60,233 bases of DNA, filler included, from Globobulimina sp. (GCA_003354225.1; 13 parts of 13 records of this genome joined end to end with filler, not necessarily neighbours in it), one strand, 5' to 3'. Positions 10,342 to 23,900 are shown, counted from the whole stretch's first letter. Program-made: numbers and translations. Notes: generated by a model not told the origin, from the sequence alone.

Positions 10342-12414
10342 ATGACCCGCTCAAATGAACAGACGCAAAAATGGCTGCGAGTGAATAAATTAATTGATGA
10401 TATTGATGAAAATGTATTGACAGAATGCTCAAATCAACTCGCAAAAACATTTGGTGGTCCCGAGAAATTACTGAATTTTGTTTCTCGATTTAGTAATGAC
10501 CAACAATTAGAAAATCTGCACAAAATGATCATAGCAAACAAAGTGAATTATGATGAAAAAAATAAACATGACAATGATTTTGAATTTGCAATGGATTCGG
10601 AATTCGAACAAGTACCAACCGCAAAGGCATGTTTTCCATCGTTACCGAATGAATTAATTAGCTGCATTTGTTCCTATTTAACGCGTGGTGCTGTTACAAC
10701 ATTTAAAATGGCATCAAGGCAAACTGCAATCGTATGTTTAGAGGAACAAACCAAAATTACTGTTTGTTCAATCAGTATGAATTATTTATGTGATAATGGC
10801 GGATTAAATTTACATTCCTTTGCTCAGCAACCAAGTGGCTCAAAATCAAGATATCATCAAAACGCCAGATTTTATACATTGATGGAAGAGTGGAGCAAAT
10901 GTATGGATATTCCAGAAAATTATGTATGGGCATTTCAAAATATTAATGCACCCAAAATATTCATTCATTCATTATCTCTGCAACTTTGCGATTCTAATTC
11001 GTTACGTTTGCAACCATTGCTACAATTTAGGCCTCAGGCCACTTACCACCAAAGTAGGCCCCACGGCACTTTTTTTATTGTTGACTCCCGAAAACTAGTG
11101 CTTATAAATCAAAATGGTGCACGAAAAATCAACAGTAATGATACCATCGCATCATTACAAGATTATAAGTTGATGGTCTTGGAATATTTTAACATAATAC
11201 AACAAGAAACAAGCGTTGTTCAACATTTATTGTATCATGATACTGTACAACTTAATGATATTTTAGAATACATTGAATTTAATTTTATTTATGTGGAGGG
11301 AATGGATAATCAATGGCATGCACAATTAACTATGTTATTGAAACAAATGGAGAGTGATCCACAACATCCAAAGTTAACACTATATTCTCATCGTCGCGCA
11401 AATTATCATAGTGATCGTTTCTATGTATTTCGTAATGGTGTCGTTGGAGGCAGTGCGTTATGTACATTCCAAATGAATGACAATCATCCATATTGTACCA
11501 GAGCCGATCTTTTTAATCCAATGTCTTTTAAAATACCACAACCAAATGGATTTTATACAAATATAAAAGCTTTTTGTGACACACGACAATTAGCTGTGAT
11601 GTTTCGAAGAAATTACTCCGATTTGGAAGCACACTTAAAAGACAAAGGCAAAATTTCAAAATCAACGCAAGATATAATTAAGAAGCTATGTTCTTCGAAT
11701 GGGCAATCAATGAAATTTAAAACAAAGGAAGCCAGCTCCCAAATTCGCATTAAAATCGCAAATTTATTTGATAATGTTATACCAGCTACAAATATAGAAC
11801 TATTTCGGGGTATTTCAAAGCGCAGAATTCCATGGACTTCGGAATTGCAACGCTTCCACAAAATTGAATTTGACATCGTGTCGTATGATACACAAAGATT
11901 TGAAGAAGATGATTGTGGGATGTATGAAGTCAAACTTTTTGCACCTGACATGTGCCCACACCCATATCTATCCAACCTGCCTACAGAGATTTTATTGAAA
12001 TATAAAACATCTTTTACTGCAAAAGAATTGATACTCAATGCATTGGAAACGGATGAAACTGAAAGGAAAAGGAGCGATGAAAATTATCAATTTGGAATAC
12101 GTTACATACTCACAGCTCACGTAGCTGATGCTGATGAATGTACGATGTCGAGAGCATTTAAAATGGAACAGAAATTGCTTCACAATGCAAATCAAAACAT
12201 AATTGACCGATATAATATATTTATGATTGCAACAAAACCACTCAACAATCCGTATCCGTCCATTTTTCTTAGAAAAATAGAAATCAAATTTGTAGCAAAT
12301 TACGTTGGAGATCGGTTTACGTCGAAGACAAATATTGATGAGGTGCAATATGTAGGAATGCCATTGGAAGTATGGGTCGATAAAAATGATACATTGCAAG
12401 ATGTTATTGATTAA
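10342..12414 (+). CDS. Hypothetical protein with F-box-like motif
   Basis: 690-aa ORF; FPSLPNELISCICSYL resembles an F-box. Confidence 0.55.
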   Translation: MTRSNEQTQKWLRVNKLIDDIDENVLTECSNQLAKTFGGPEKLLNFVSRFSNDQQLENLHKMIIANKVNYDEKNKHDNDFEFAMDSEFEQVPTAKACFPSLPNELISCICSYLTRGAVTTFKMASRQTAIVCLEEQTKITVCSISMNYLCDNGGLNLHSFAQQPSGSKSRYHQNARFYTLMEEWSKCMDIPENYVWAFQNINAPKIFIHSLSLQLCDSNSLRLQPLLQFRPQATYHQSRPHGTFFIVDSRKLVLINQNGARKINSNDTIASLQDYKLMVLEYFNIIQQETSVVQHLLYHDTVQLNDILEYIEFNFIYVEGMDNQWHAQLTMLLKQMESDPQHPKLTLYSHRRANYHSDRFYVFRNGVVGGSALCTFQMNDNHPYCTRADLFNPMSFKIPQPNGFYTNIKAFCDTRQLAVMFRRNYSDLEAHLKDKGKISKSTQDIIKKLCSSNGQSMKFKTKEASSQIRIKIANLFDNVIPATNIELFRGISKRRIPWTSELQRFHKIEFDIVSYDTQRFEEDDCGMYEVKLFAPDMCPHPYLSNLPTEILLKYKTSFTAKELILNALETDETERKRSDENYQFGIRYILTAHVADADECTMSRAFKMEQKLLHNANQNIIDRYNIFMIATKPLNNPYPSIFLRKIEIKFVANYVGDRFTSKTNIDEVQYVGMPLEVWVDKNDTLQDVID

Positions 12415-12737
12415 TATGTTGCAATTGGTACGCATCACGAAGCGAAAGATATTCAATATACATATCGAATAAAAGCAGATAAGAAAATTGTTTCAATCGC
12501 TAAAGGAAAACGAAACGAATACAAACCATATCGGAATTACAAAGAACGGATTGTAATCACGTTCAATGGCGACGTGTCTGGACTATATACATTTTCTCAA
12601 TGGATTCATAATTAATGTTTGTAGGAATTGCACAGTTTCAATCAGTTCTTCTGGATTTGTCTATTGAAGTTTCTGTTGGCACTGTGCGCTAACTAATAAT
12701 GTTAAAGAAACACCAAAAGCATTTTAAGTCCGTAACA

Positions 12738-13831
12738 TCACAAAAATTCAAACAATTTAGCTCCATATACACTTTGCCCTTTTCCAGATGAATCAGTGAT
12801 GCGTTTTTTAAGTTTTGCATCATGCTCAAACAAACTATGATAATTTAACACTGTATTCCATTTTTGAGATGAATCACGAATATCAAAATATTCCATATAC
12901 GACCAATCTTTCGTTGCTGCCGTCGCAACAATCGTAATAACTCCGTTGTTACTTTTCGCAAAATGTGTATTATGAATAACTGATATTAAAGGATATCCAA
13001 CGTGTTTATAATTTGTCTCTGGTAACAATGTCCATATATCCTTATGGAAATTATACATTTCAACAACTTTCGAGGCATAAAAGCCGCCGCCAACAAGCAA
13101 GTTACCTTCATTCTCATGCCATTGTACTACAGAATGTAATGTTCTGTTATGATTCATCATTTTCATTTCAGTCCATTTCTTTCTTTCAAAATCATATATT
13201 TCACAACAATTTGTACCGCCACCAACTGCAACCACACGGCTATCACTTTCAATTAAAATACACTGGAAATCACATCTTCTACGGTTCATAGCAGGGATAT
13301 CATCCTTCCATTTCAAACTATTTACATCACACTGCAGGTTTAAGGTATTACAGTCGATATATTCTACTTTCTTATGGTCAGTCCCAGGCATACAGCGACC
13401 ACCAAATATAATCAATCCGTTTTTATTCGAATATACCAAACCAACTGCCATTCTGTTATCCGTTACAGATGGCAATGTTATACATTTTCCGCATGCAATA
13501 TCATATACTATGTTAGGTGAAGAATATACGCCACGCTCAACACTTGCTATCCTGAATAATAATGGCCTGTCTTTGTTGTTGTTAATTCCAAACAATGCAT
13601 TGAATTTATTATCCTTTGCCATGCAATATGAAGCAGGACCTGCTTCTTTCCAAATATGTTCGTTTTTGGGATGCTGTCTGAGTTTTTTGTGCCAAATCTC
13701 ACCAGAAAGTGTAAAACCAAACTTTAATAATTGGGAATATTTTTTATTGGTTGATACAACAACGAGACCGTACTCTTTATGGAATTCGTAATATTGATAC
13801 ATTATACTGACAATGTCCAATGAGATAAATT
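12738..13831 (-). CDS. Kelch-repeat protein (5'-partial)
   Basis: IIFGG, VAVGGG..CEIYDFERKKW and LVGGG..VEMYNFHKDIW repeats. Confidence 0.8.
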
Positions 13832-14341
13832 NNNNNNNNNNNNNNNNNNNNNNNNNNNNNNNNNNNNNNNNNNNNTTAATTAATTAANNNNNNNNNNNNN
13901 NNNNNNNNNNNNNNNNNNNNNNNNNNNNNNNTTTGATTGGTTTTATACAATACATATTCTGTAATTTACGGTGGAGGGGAGGGAGGTGGCATAATTGTGT
14001 TAGATTTTTTATGCGAATTTGCGCGGATTGAAAACTAAAAAGAAACGGGCAAATTAAAAAAAAAGACCCTCCATATTCATATAGAAAGGCCAATCTCAAC
14101 ACGATAACAATGGGTAACACTCACTAATTGTACATATTTTAATAATCCCCATTCCCCCCCCCTTCATTCGTCGTTTAAAATCCTTAGGTAAAACTTTTCT
14201 TTCACCCCAAATATAATTATATTCTGCTGCATTTCCTCATAATCAAAATGAATAACCAATTTACCGACACGTAATGTTAATAAATTCTTAGAAACCGTAA
14301 CATTCTTTTTTTCTTTACATACTAATCAAAATAATAATAAT

Positions 14342-14620
14342 TTATTGAGTGCAAAGATTAAGTGAAAGGATATACAAACCAATTCTGTCAAATACGTTAT
14401 CGTCGTCGTATTCAACCATCGGTCCATCATTATCTTCTAATGGATGTTCATTTTTAATAATTTCATCATCTTTCATTTCTAATGGTTGTTGTTCATCATT
14501 GGGTTGGTTTGATTCTGTTCCCTCCGGATCATCATTTAATGTTACATCATCCAATGTTTCTGATGGTAGAACCAATGCCAATGATGCGATGGTTGCTAAT
14601 CTTAACATTTGTTGAGCCAT
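14342..14620 (-). CDS. Short acidic ORF or first exon of an unknown gene
   Basis: ATG-initiated D/E-rich ORF ending in intron-like AT-rich sequence; no downstream exon identified. Confidence 0.3.
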   Translation of the reverse strand: MAQQMLRLATIASLALVLPSETLDDVTLNDDPEGTESNQPNDEQQPLEMKDDEIIKNEHPLEDNDGPMVEYDDDNVFDRIGLYILSLNLCTQ

Positions 14621-15005
14621 AATGGGTTGGTGCGAAAATGTGACAATTTAATAAATTAATTTGCTGACGGCGAATTGAGTTCTAAATGAATTGTGATGGC
14701 TACGGTACTAAATGATACGATGGATTTGTATTGCGAAAATGCGAAGTCCTCGAAGGTCTGGTTGAAAGTTAAGTTGTTGTTTTGTGATTTGCGTGGATAT
14801 CTGTTTGAAACTGTATACATTATCCTTGCACTGCATACAAATTGTTCAAACACGCGGTGTTTCCAAAAGGTAGTATTCTAAAGTAATTATATAATGATAT
14901 TTTTCATACTTCATAGGAACTCACTAGAATCATATTTTTTGTTTTCAAAAAATCGAGATTGTCCTTGCACAACAAACATCGTTATTTACTCACAACAAAC
15001 ACATA

Positions 15006-16957
15006 ATGTCGTCATTCCTTTCAAATGTGTCACTAACATTGTATTTTCTACTTGTTGCGGTGAATAATCTGTCGGTATATGATGCCGCACTCTGGACTTT
15101 GACTGGTATTGCATATTTAGCAACTCCCAACTGCCCAACAAGTACTACATCGTGTCACAATATCAATGGTACCTCAGAAATCCAAAGATCATTCTCAACC
15201 ATTGGTTACAGTGATATTGTCATTCAATATGATTTGTTGTTGACAAATTATGAAATTGATGATTATTGCTGGCTCTTATACAGCACAGATGGCGTTAACT
15301 TCATAGATGGCGTTATTAATAAATACGGGATTGGCGATGCAGGAACTGCCCGAAATGCATTTTTACCGCCATCCTGTAATAATAACAATAACGTTCGTAT
15401 TAAATTTATGTCGAAAGCGTCATTGGATAATAAAGCGTGTTGGATTGACTCTATTAAGGTTTGGGGGAATACTCCGATGAATATACGCTATCCATCAGCA
15501 ATGACAATATATTCTGTGTGGGGATATGCTGAGGATTTCAATGATTGGATTTGGTCGGGAACATATGCAGGCTCTGTCCAATCACTTTATTGTTTGGGTT
15601 ATCCAGGCTGTGCAACATGTAGTTGTTTTGCAATTAATGGTGGTGCTACACCCGGTTCTATGTACAAAATAATACCAACTTCAGGTATATACGAACTTTT
15701 GCATAGTTAAATAATGCACTTTACTTCTGTTGAGGTACAATAGTACAGTGGTTCATCTGTTATTGTTTCTTTTTATAAATATATTTAATTCTGTGATTAT
15801 ACTCAGGTTTCACTCATATTTATGTGATATTCGCTATCAATGCAGCTCAACAAGAAGCGGGTGAATATTGCTATGGTGAATATACCATCGATTCAGGCAT
15901 AACGTGGTATGTTTATCCGTCTATAATATAATTACTTAGAAACAGAAATTATTGATTCAGGTATCCACTTAATCCTGGATTTAGTAACCATAACGATGGC
16001 CTACGAATGTTTTTTCTGGATTCATCATGTACCGATAATGTTGGCTTTGGTCTACGATTTAGAAACACTGCTAATTTGACCACCGACACGTGTTATATCG
16101 ATAATATTATCTTAAAAGGTGATTATGTCACACTATCACCAACTTCAATGCCGACAATCCACCCAACCTTTATTCCAACATTTAACCCAACTTTCTATCC
16201 AACCTTTATTCCAACATTTTATCAGACAATACATCCCACATTTATTCCAACATCCATTCCAACCGCAATGCCTACCACCAACCCGACGCAATCCACTGTT
16301 CATCCCACTATGACTCCAACTGATGTACCTTCATTTATTCCCACCGCAACAACACAAAATCCAACATCAATTCCGACTACATTTCCAACTATTTTCCCAA
16401 CTGTATTTCCAACCGTATTTCCCACCGTATTCCCCACTGTATTTCCAACTGCAATTCCAACAATGCTTCCAACTGCAGTCCCGTCAGTAAAGTTTACTGA
16501 TCATGAAAAAAAGGAAAATAGTGAATTCGAACGGATTTTGGTTTTTTTGTTAGTGGCGACTGCATTATTAACTGTTTGCGTGATTATGTTATTAATTATT
16601 GCATGTCGACATTGTAAAAAAAGAGAATTCGAAATTGGTTTAGAAAGCAGTCAAAGCGCAGAAATGAAAACCAGTGGATTTACACCGGGTGATTTTGGAG
16701 ATGAAGTGGTGGATGCCATAGAAAAACAAATTAAGATGAAACAAGAGAAAGTTACGCCGCTTTGTTCTGATGATCATGGTTTGATTGAGTTAACACAGAT
16801 TGATGGAAATGTGAATGGGGAAAATTGCAATTCAGTAAATGAAGGAAACAACAGCTCAAACTCAGATGGAGCAAATGATGACATGTATGTGTTAGGAAGT
16901 AATGCGACTGTTGGACACCCAAACGATGATATTTTGACTCCCATCGGATATAATTAA
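15006..16957 (+). CDS. Type I membrane protein with Cys-containing ectodomain and P/T-rich stalk; introns about 15685-15806 and 15907-15960
   Basis: Signal peptide, PTxx repeats, TM helix ILVFLLVATALLTVCVIMLLIIAC; GT..AG pairs bridge the two ORFs. Confidence 0.7.
16136..16482 (+). repeat. Coding 12-nt repeat encoding PTxx (PTVF, PTFI and similar)
   Basis: Degenerate ccNacN-based 12-mers in tandem. Confidence 0.8.
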
Positions 16958-17056
16958 ATATATTATAACAAAAATAGTAAATATATACATTATTTATTCT
17001 TGTATCATCAAATATTTTTGTCCTTGCACTGAAGAAAGTTTTTGAACTTCGAAACA

Positions 17057-18100
17057 ATGTCAGTTTTTAATGAGACAACAACATTATCGGCACTAAATGA
17101 GATGGAGTCATCCCCATTTACAGACAAAAAAGATTTACAATTTGTATTATTTTGTTTTCTATTTGGTTGTGCATTATTATTTTATCTGGCCGGTTCACCA
17201 TATTTTATCGGTTGGTTAACAAAACTAATTCTTCAACGTTTCATACTCAACAACTATTTCTTGGAAGATTATACGTTTGAGATTGGTACAGTTTCCATTG
17301 CGTGGCTATCAGGCACCATATTTGCACATAAAATCGAGATCAGAACGCAACAGTTCGTGGTACTCATCGTGGAGTCGCGTCTGTCCTTCTTTTGGTGGAC
17401 AAACCATATTCGATCCAATGACTCCTTCAAACACTTACAAGATGACAACAAACCGTACCGCGTACAATTGAAATTCGTCGGTTTGGAATGTATTTTATAT
17501 GCAAATAAGTCACGGTTCGATGCCTTACGAAATATCATTGAAAAACAACGAGAAAAGGAACAAAACGATCGATTCAAGACGCAATATACAAATATGTCAA
17601 ATAATAACACCTCTGATAACGAATTAGCAGATGCAATGGAACATAAATCGCCTTCCAATAACACCACAGCTGCAAAATCCTCGCCATACAGCAAATCACT
17701 GAAAGGCCAATGCCACAAACAACAGAGTATGGATCACGACGAAGATGACGACATTGAAGACGACCTCGACGATGATAATGATTTAGTGGACGTATCGTTG
17801 GGTAATGACAACACGTACCGCGAACAAACAAAATCATCCAAGAAACAAGAATCTGTGACAATGAGTGTCGATGAAAACAATGAATTGCTGAAAAATCGAA
17901 ACCATGAACAAAATGAGAATATAATCATCCACGAACTGAAGAAATTTGTCTCTGCCATTGCGCCGCATTGGTTTTTTGAGCTATGTCCAGTGACTCGGAT
18001 TGCTTTGGAAAAAGTGTGTGTTGTCATTGGTAACTTAAATGTGGAAAATTATTTAGTTGGCAGCTTTAAAGAAAGCGAAATGTTATTTTATACGGAAAAG
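17057..18100 (+). CDS. N-terminal part of a bridge-like lipid transfer protein (BLTP1/KIAA1109/Csf1 family)
   Basis: N-terminal TM helix, then ISIAWLSGTIFAHKI..., RLSFFWW and RVQLKFVGLECILYANKSRFDAL, recognised from memory of the family N-terminus. Confidence 0.7.
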
Positions 18101-18474
18101 AATGACACCGAGAAAGAGAACTACTATTGGATTCAGATGTACAAGCTGGCCTCGGCGATGCGGGAGAATGGTCCCATTCTCGACGTGATGGGGCCGTGGT
18201 ATCACTACACCTTCTGGCCCATGGTGTGGGGTGACCTGAACGTGCAGTTGATCTACTGGACGCATCTCACGGCGAACCGCATGTCGCTTGGAGAATCGCT
18301 GCCGAACAATCTCGACAAGTATGCCGCGAATCTGGCCAAGAATGTGCCTGCCCATTGGAAAGACAGTGCCGGACTTGCCGCGTCGTTTCCTCAGGATTGT
18401 CGTGCCGATGGTGGTCACGTGCCTCCGGATATGCTGGCATGGACGCTGCACAATTACTGGCTTCATTGTCAGTA
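18101..18474 (+). CDS. Fragment of a bacterial-type glycoside hydrolase (GH95-like alpha-L-fucosidase), joined in frame to the upstream ORF
   Basis: Abrupt GC rise; ENYYWIQMYKLASA..GPW..WP..W..LNVQL.YW motif. Confidence 0.6.
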
Positions 18475-18574
18475 NNNNNNNNNNNNNNNNNNNNNNNNNN
18501 NNNNNNNNNNNNNNNNNNTTAATTAATTAANNNNNNNNNNNNNNNNNNNNNNNNNNNNNNNNNNNNNNNNNNNN

Positions 18575-19648
18575 GTAGGATCTGTGCTTAAAATCGAATT
18601 CTAACAAAGTAAAAACGAAATATACTGAACTTGTGCTTGGATTAAGCGTTGGTGCCTTTGTTGGATTGATTGTCGGATCTATTGTGATATTTAATATTTG
18701 TGTATATATTTATATACATCGATTCAAGAAAAAGATAAAGTTATAACCAGCACTTGGGTCCATTGTTGGATTTACTGTTGGATTTGTTGTTGGATGCATT
18801 GTGGATATGGTTGGATGTAATGTTGGGTGCAAAGTTGGTGCGCATGTCGTTGGTGCAGAAGTAGGATTTGTTGGAGAAAGTGTTGTTCCATCAAACAGTC
18901 TCTGTATCTCCTCTTCATTCAAAACCCGATCATAAAAAGCATTATCAATTTTCCCGTTCCATTGATGGCTTTGAGTGTACTGTCCCGTCATTCGTTCAGC
19001 TTCAATCCCAATGCCAACGTACGAATAAATGTGTGTTTTACCCGTACCACGATTGCATGAATCGACAATTTGCCCATTTTGGTAAATTGAGGAGATGCCG
19101 TTTTTGCCATCATACACCGCGACAATGTGCGTCCATTGTCCAACAGGAAGAGAATTTGTCAATACATCGCAATTGATTGTATTTGAAATACTCATTCTCC
19201 ACTGTACCTTTCTGTATTTCTCATGTCCTGAACCAAGCCAATCACCAAAGGTGCTGAGAGAAAAAGATGTGCCTCCCGTGTCCTTTGCTGTTCCATCCCA
19301 TCCACTGAGTATATTCGGATACATTGGATCGTACGCAGCGAAGTTGTATGGCAACACCCATAGACTGATGCTCATTTGATCGATGTTGCTGATAACATCA
19401 CGCACAGAACTTATATCGATATATTTCCAATTCCCAAAAGAATATGCGCTCTGTTCTCCAAATCTGTCCGTTGTCAGTTGAGCAGAATGGACAATACCAT
19501 CATTGCCATTGATTATATCATTTGGATTTCCATCGAATGGATAGCACGCAACAAGGCCTTGCTGCACATTTGGAAATGAGTTCGATTGCACTCTCTTCAA
19601 CCACACTACAAATAACATCACAACACTCATCAGCAAAAACGGGCCCAT
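18575..19648 (-). CDS. Secreted LamG/ConA-like domain protein with P/T stalk (3'-partial, spliced)
   Basis: Signal peptide; GLVACYPFDGNPND, TTDRFGE, WTHIVAVYDG, GKID..YDRVL; PTxx repeats. Confidence 0.8.
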
Positions 19649-19799
19649 GATCGTTCTTATAATTCTAACTACAATTTGTCAAAACTTTTCTATTATAATG
19701 ATATGCAATAAGTGGTAATTCAATCACTTTATCACACATCCAACAAACAAAAATACAAATAAAAAAAAGAAAATAAAGAATATTGATGCATGCTTTAAT

Positions 19800-21736
19800 T
19801 TATATGCTAAATTCATTTAATTTGTTTGAATAAACAACATCATTTTCGACTTGATTATTATTTCCAATATGCGTCATTGTAACTGGATGATCAAAATCTA
19901 AAACATGTGAACATTGGATATCTTTTCTATTTGCATTGTTATGAAACATAATTTTAACATCAATCTCAAATGTACCCCATCCTCGTTTTTGTAATAAAAA
20001 TGGTGACTCCTTAACAATAATATCCGATGGTTGGAATGTAGGATGTAACTTATATTCAATCTCTTTAATTGTCTTTGATTTAACCATTTTATTCGCATTT
20101 ATTGACACAAACATCGTCCAAATATGATTATTATTGGTTTTATTGTTTGTACTCAATTCATGTAAATTACCAATATAAATATCTTCAAAATCAGTGTTTT
20201 TCTCATCATCTTTATCGTTTTTATATTCTTCAACCTCACCACCAATTTTCATGACACTCCATTCGGTTTTATACGGATCGTAACTCAAATTCAATACAAA
20301 TGCATCGGTATTCTCGTTCCAATATTTTTTAAAATCAATCATTAAATTTGGTTCATTATAATGTCCCATAAACCCTAACTCCAAATACATTTCATTCTCT
20401 CTTTACATAGTTACACATGCAATTTATGAAAGTGGTAATATTAAAGTTGCACTAATAAAGCATCATCAATCATTCATACAATTATTCAAGATGTGTATGA
20501 CAGAAACTGGTAATGCTTCATTATAACTCCATGCATCATACACTGTCAATAATTGCCATGCACACTTACCTTAAATTAACACTCTTTTTCACTTTAAACA
20601 TCTCCCCACCCAAACACTTACCTTTTTTCTCATACACTTTATCATTTTTAACAATTAATTTGATCAAAGATAATATATTATACGGCGTCCCATCACAATC
20701 AATTCCAAACACAGCAACAATATTCTTCACACAATTTATTTTGATATCAATATATCTTTGCAATTTCCAACTTGGTATTTTTAATTTTAATTTCCCCATC
20801 AAAGCAACCATCACATCGTCACATTTCGCATAGATACGAACATCACACAAACGGTCCATACTTGTTTTTTGTAGATTAACAATGCAAAATTTCCCATCTT
20901 GTTTCTCACCAACACTTTGCGGCAAATTCGCAGCCGGCGTTACTGTCAAAGAAGAACCTAAAACCAAACAACAATCTGATTTAGCCGCATTAGTCTCTGC
21001 TGGATCCCATGAATAATCATTTAACGACTCATTAAAACTATAAAATATAACCAACAAAACAAATTAAACAAAAACGTTTTCAAAAAATGCACACGTACTA
21101 AACTTAATTATCGTGTCATACAATACTTTCCCACATCCTTTAACCGTGCATTTTCTGTCCGTTTTATGATCGTGAACGTGATTCTTCCTTCTCCGCACAC
21201 GAAAATCGCGTAAATATTGTTTTCCGCATTTTTTGCAGAATTCTGTTTGTGTTGTATGTTGTTATAGGTGTTGTGCTGAAAAACGTTTTTTGTGTTATAC
21301 CTAAATTGGTGTTTCCATGTAATTCGCTGATTGCTTGTGGATTATAGCCAGATCTACGATGTAAACCATCACAATTTTGAGAGATGAGATATTTTAAAAT
21401 GTTTTGTTTATTTAATTCAACTAAAGCCATATGAGTTGGTGTTGGTATTGCATTTAATGTTGATTTGATATTTAATTTCTTTTGTGGTTTTACATCAATT
21501 CCTTTTTGTATGGCGGCTGCTTTGGCCCAGGCACCGACTCCTGTTGGTAATACTGTGTTTAATCCACTTCGGAAATCAGGGATTCCTGCAGATGTACTTA
21601 TTCCTGCGCCTGTAAACACTGTGAAATGTTTGGATTGCAATATTATATTTGCTAATTTTGTGATTTTTTGGTCTAATTGCTGGGGACTGTCAAAGAACTC
21701 TTTTTCTTCTTCTTTTGTTCGTGCGGTTGAAGCCAT
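19800..21736 (-). CDS. SIRT6/7-like sirtuin fused to a C-terminal YEATS domain; introns 21300-21243, 21103-21038, 20569-20401
   Basis: GAGISTSAGIPDFR, SQNCDGLH, ELHGN, two Cys pairs, LGSSL and IVNLQ; YEATS motifs HIWTMFV, YKLHPTF, PFLL..RGWGTFEI; all three GT..AG introns restore the frame. Confidence 0.85.
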
Positions 21737-22042
21737 TACAACTGCGGTTTGAGAATGGAAGCGTTGAAGAGTTTTGTGAAATGTAACAATGCAAAAAGTT
21801 TTTTTTTTTAATCATGATGGCTCAGTGGGTAAAAGAAGAGCCACTGCATATTAAGTCGTCGTTTGCCTACAAACAAAATTGATGTTATCAAAACAACATC
21901 AAACATAAAAAGTAAACAATCAAAAAAAGTAAACAATAAAAAAAGTGGGGAATTAATATTTTCTGACGTTGGGGAATTAATATTTTTTATACAGTAATAA
22001 ATTACAAATTAATTAAAGTCTGTCGAAAATAATTAATATTAT

Positions 22043-23117
22043 TTACTCGCTGACAACAACCTGCAATTCTCGCTCGTCGTTTGTCATTGGCGTTGTCGAA
22101 AAACATTCGCATTTACAACAATCCCTAACACAGCATCCAAAGCAATGCTGTACACAGACAGTCCAGCAGCATTTATGTGTGCCATAACACAATATCGCAT
22201 ATGGCGTTTTTGCAAATTTGAACGTTAAATACATACACAAAAAATTCACCAAAGTATCCAATTCCAATAACCATATCCCGACCGCATCAAACAAGGCGGC
22301 GGACAGAATGCTTGTCATCAAAGAAATGATGACCAAGTTGGTAGATTTCACGGCAATCTGTAAAAATACTAATTCTTTGCCACCATCCGAGCTGCCGGTC
22401 TGACTATGAGTATTCGACTGGGATTGCGATTGCGCGCTAGGCTCAGTTCTGGAAACTGTACGCACCGAATTCATGGACACCTCGATTCTCTGCAGATTGC
22501 CACTGAGAGCGGTCACCAATAATACCTTTCGAACATACAAACGCAATAAAATGACAGCAAAGGCTGTTTCGCCCACGAATAAGAACACTATTTTTACCAC
22601 AAAATGCACAGAGACGACATAAATATCTTCGATGCGGAGACAGTCACTCCACATTTGAACGGAATGCGGGTCGACGAGATTGGAGCCAGTGGTCACACTG
22701 TAAGGCAATGGGGCGGTTTCTGTGAGAAATGCGAGTATGATCGCAATGTAATAGACGGCGATGGAAATGGTTAATATCTTAAAATTTGAAGCTGATAACG
22801 CACAAAACGACAATTTAAACGTTTCGTACACGCGTTGCGAATAAAATAAATAGAGAAACAATTTGCCACTTAAATAAAAATAATAAGATTCCCAATAAAA
22901 ATGACACATCGCTGGGGAATTGATATGAGAATCTGGAGCAATGGCGGTGTACAGTTTGAATATGTTATACAATAAATATAATATTCCAGCGACTGTATAT
23001 GTTGTAAGGATGGATGATCTGCATTTGCATTTCGTTTTTTTTTTGCTAAATTCTCTGATTGTAATTAATAATGTCGGTGCAATAATTAATACTGCAAGAG
23101 ACGACACCACTGCTTCA
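22043..23117 (-). CDS. Seven-transmembrane GPCR-like protein (5'-partial)
   Basis: About seven hydrophobic helices and a Cys-rich tail. Confidence 0.6.
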
Positions 23118-23217
23118 NNNNNNNNNNNNNNNNNNNNNNNNNNNNNNNNNNNNNNNNNNNNTTAATTAATTAANNNNNNNNNNNNNNNNNNNNNNNNNNN
23201 NNNNNNNNNNNNNNNNN

Positions 23218-23900
23218 TCAGCAGGAAAATTGTTTTGGCTTTCTTGACAAAACTGACCATCAAAAACGCCGGAAATCATTTGGAGAATTGGTTTCAAAAT
23301 GGACACAAATACAGGATAGTTTTTACAGATCGGGGCAGCGAATTTGGTGGTTTATTTGATTCGAAAGTCAAAGAACTCGGCGCCAAACATAGATACAGTT
23401 CTACATATAGCGCTTCCAAAGTAGCGAAAGCCGAAAGAGCGATACGAACTTTAAGATCGATCATTTCGCGCGTTTTGGCCAACAACAAGAAGATGGATAA
23501 ATCGAAAGCTATTCGATTGGCGGTGGAATATTACAACAATACAGTAAACAGGAGTATCGGGATGAGCCCGAATGAGGCCGAAAAAAATCCTGGCAAGGTG
23601 TTACTGTATGTCATGAATATGCGACAAAAACAACTGAATAAATTGGGTACCGCGAGACCCGCCAAGTATAAAATTGGTGAAAAAGTGTACATAAAAAAGA
23701 ACAAAGCGGATAAGGGCACATTTTTTAAAACAGGTGATGTTACGATACTTCAAGAAGCTTTCAAAATAGATTCCATTGTTCATACGTCACCGTTCTTATC
23801 TTACAAATTGATAAGATTCAACGCACCATGGGGAACGGTCCCAGGTTCATTCCCAGAAAACCGGTTGATCAGAGCCAGTGACTTAAAAAATGGAGACTGA
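23218..23900 (+). CDS. Retroviral-type (rve) DDE integrase, Polinton type, 5'-partial
   Basis: TDRGSEF, AERAIRTLR, YNNTVNRSIGMSP and KYKIGEKV motifs. Confidence 0.9.

Noticed and set aside
16136-16482. Periodic repeat resembling an array
   Set aside because: Coding PTxx mucin-like stalk, common in these surface proteins
21905-21990. Local duplications (AAAAGTAAACAAT, TGGGGAATTAATATTTT)
   Set aside because: Ordinary slippage duplications in AT-rich intergenic DNA
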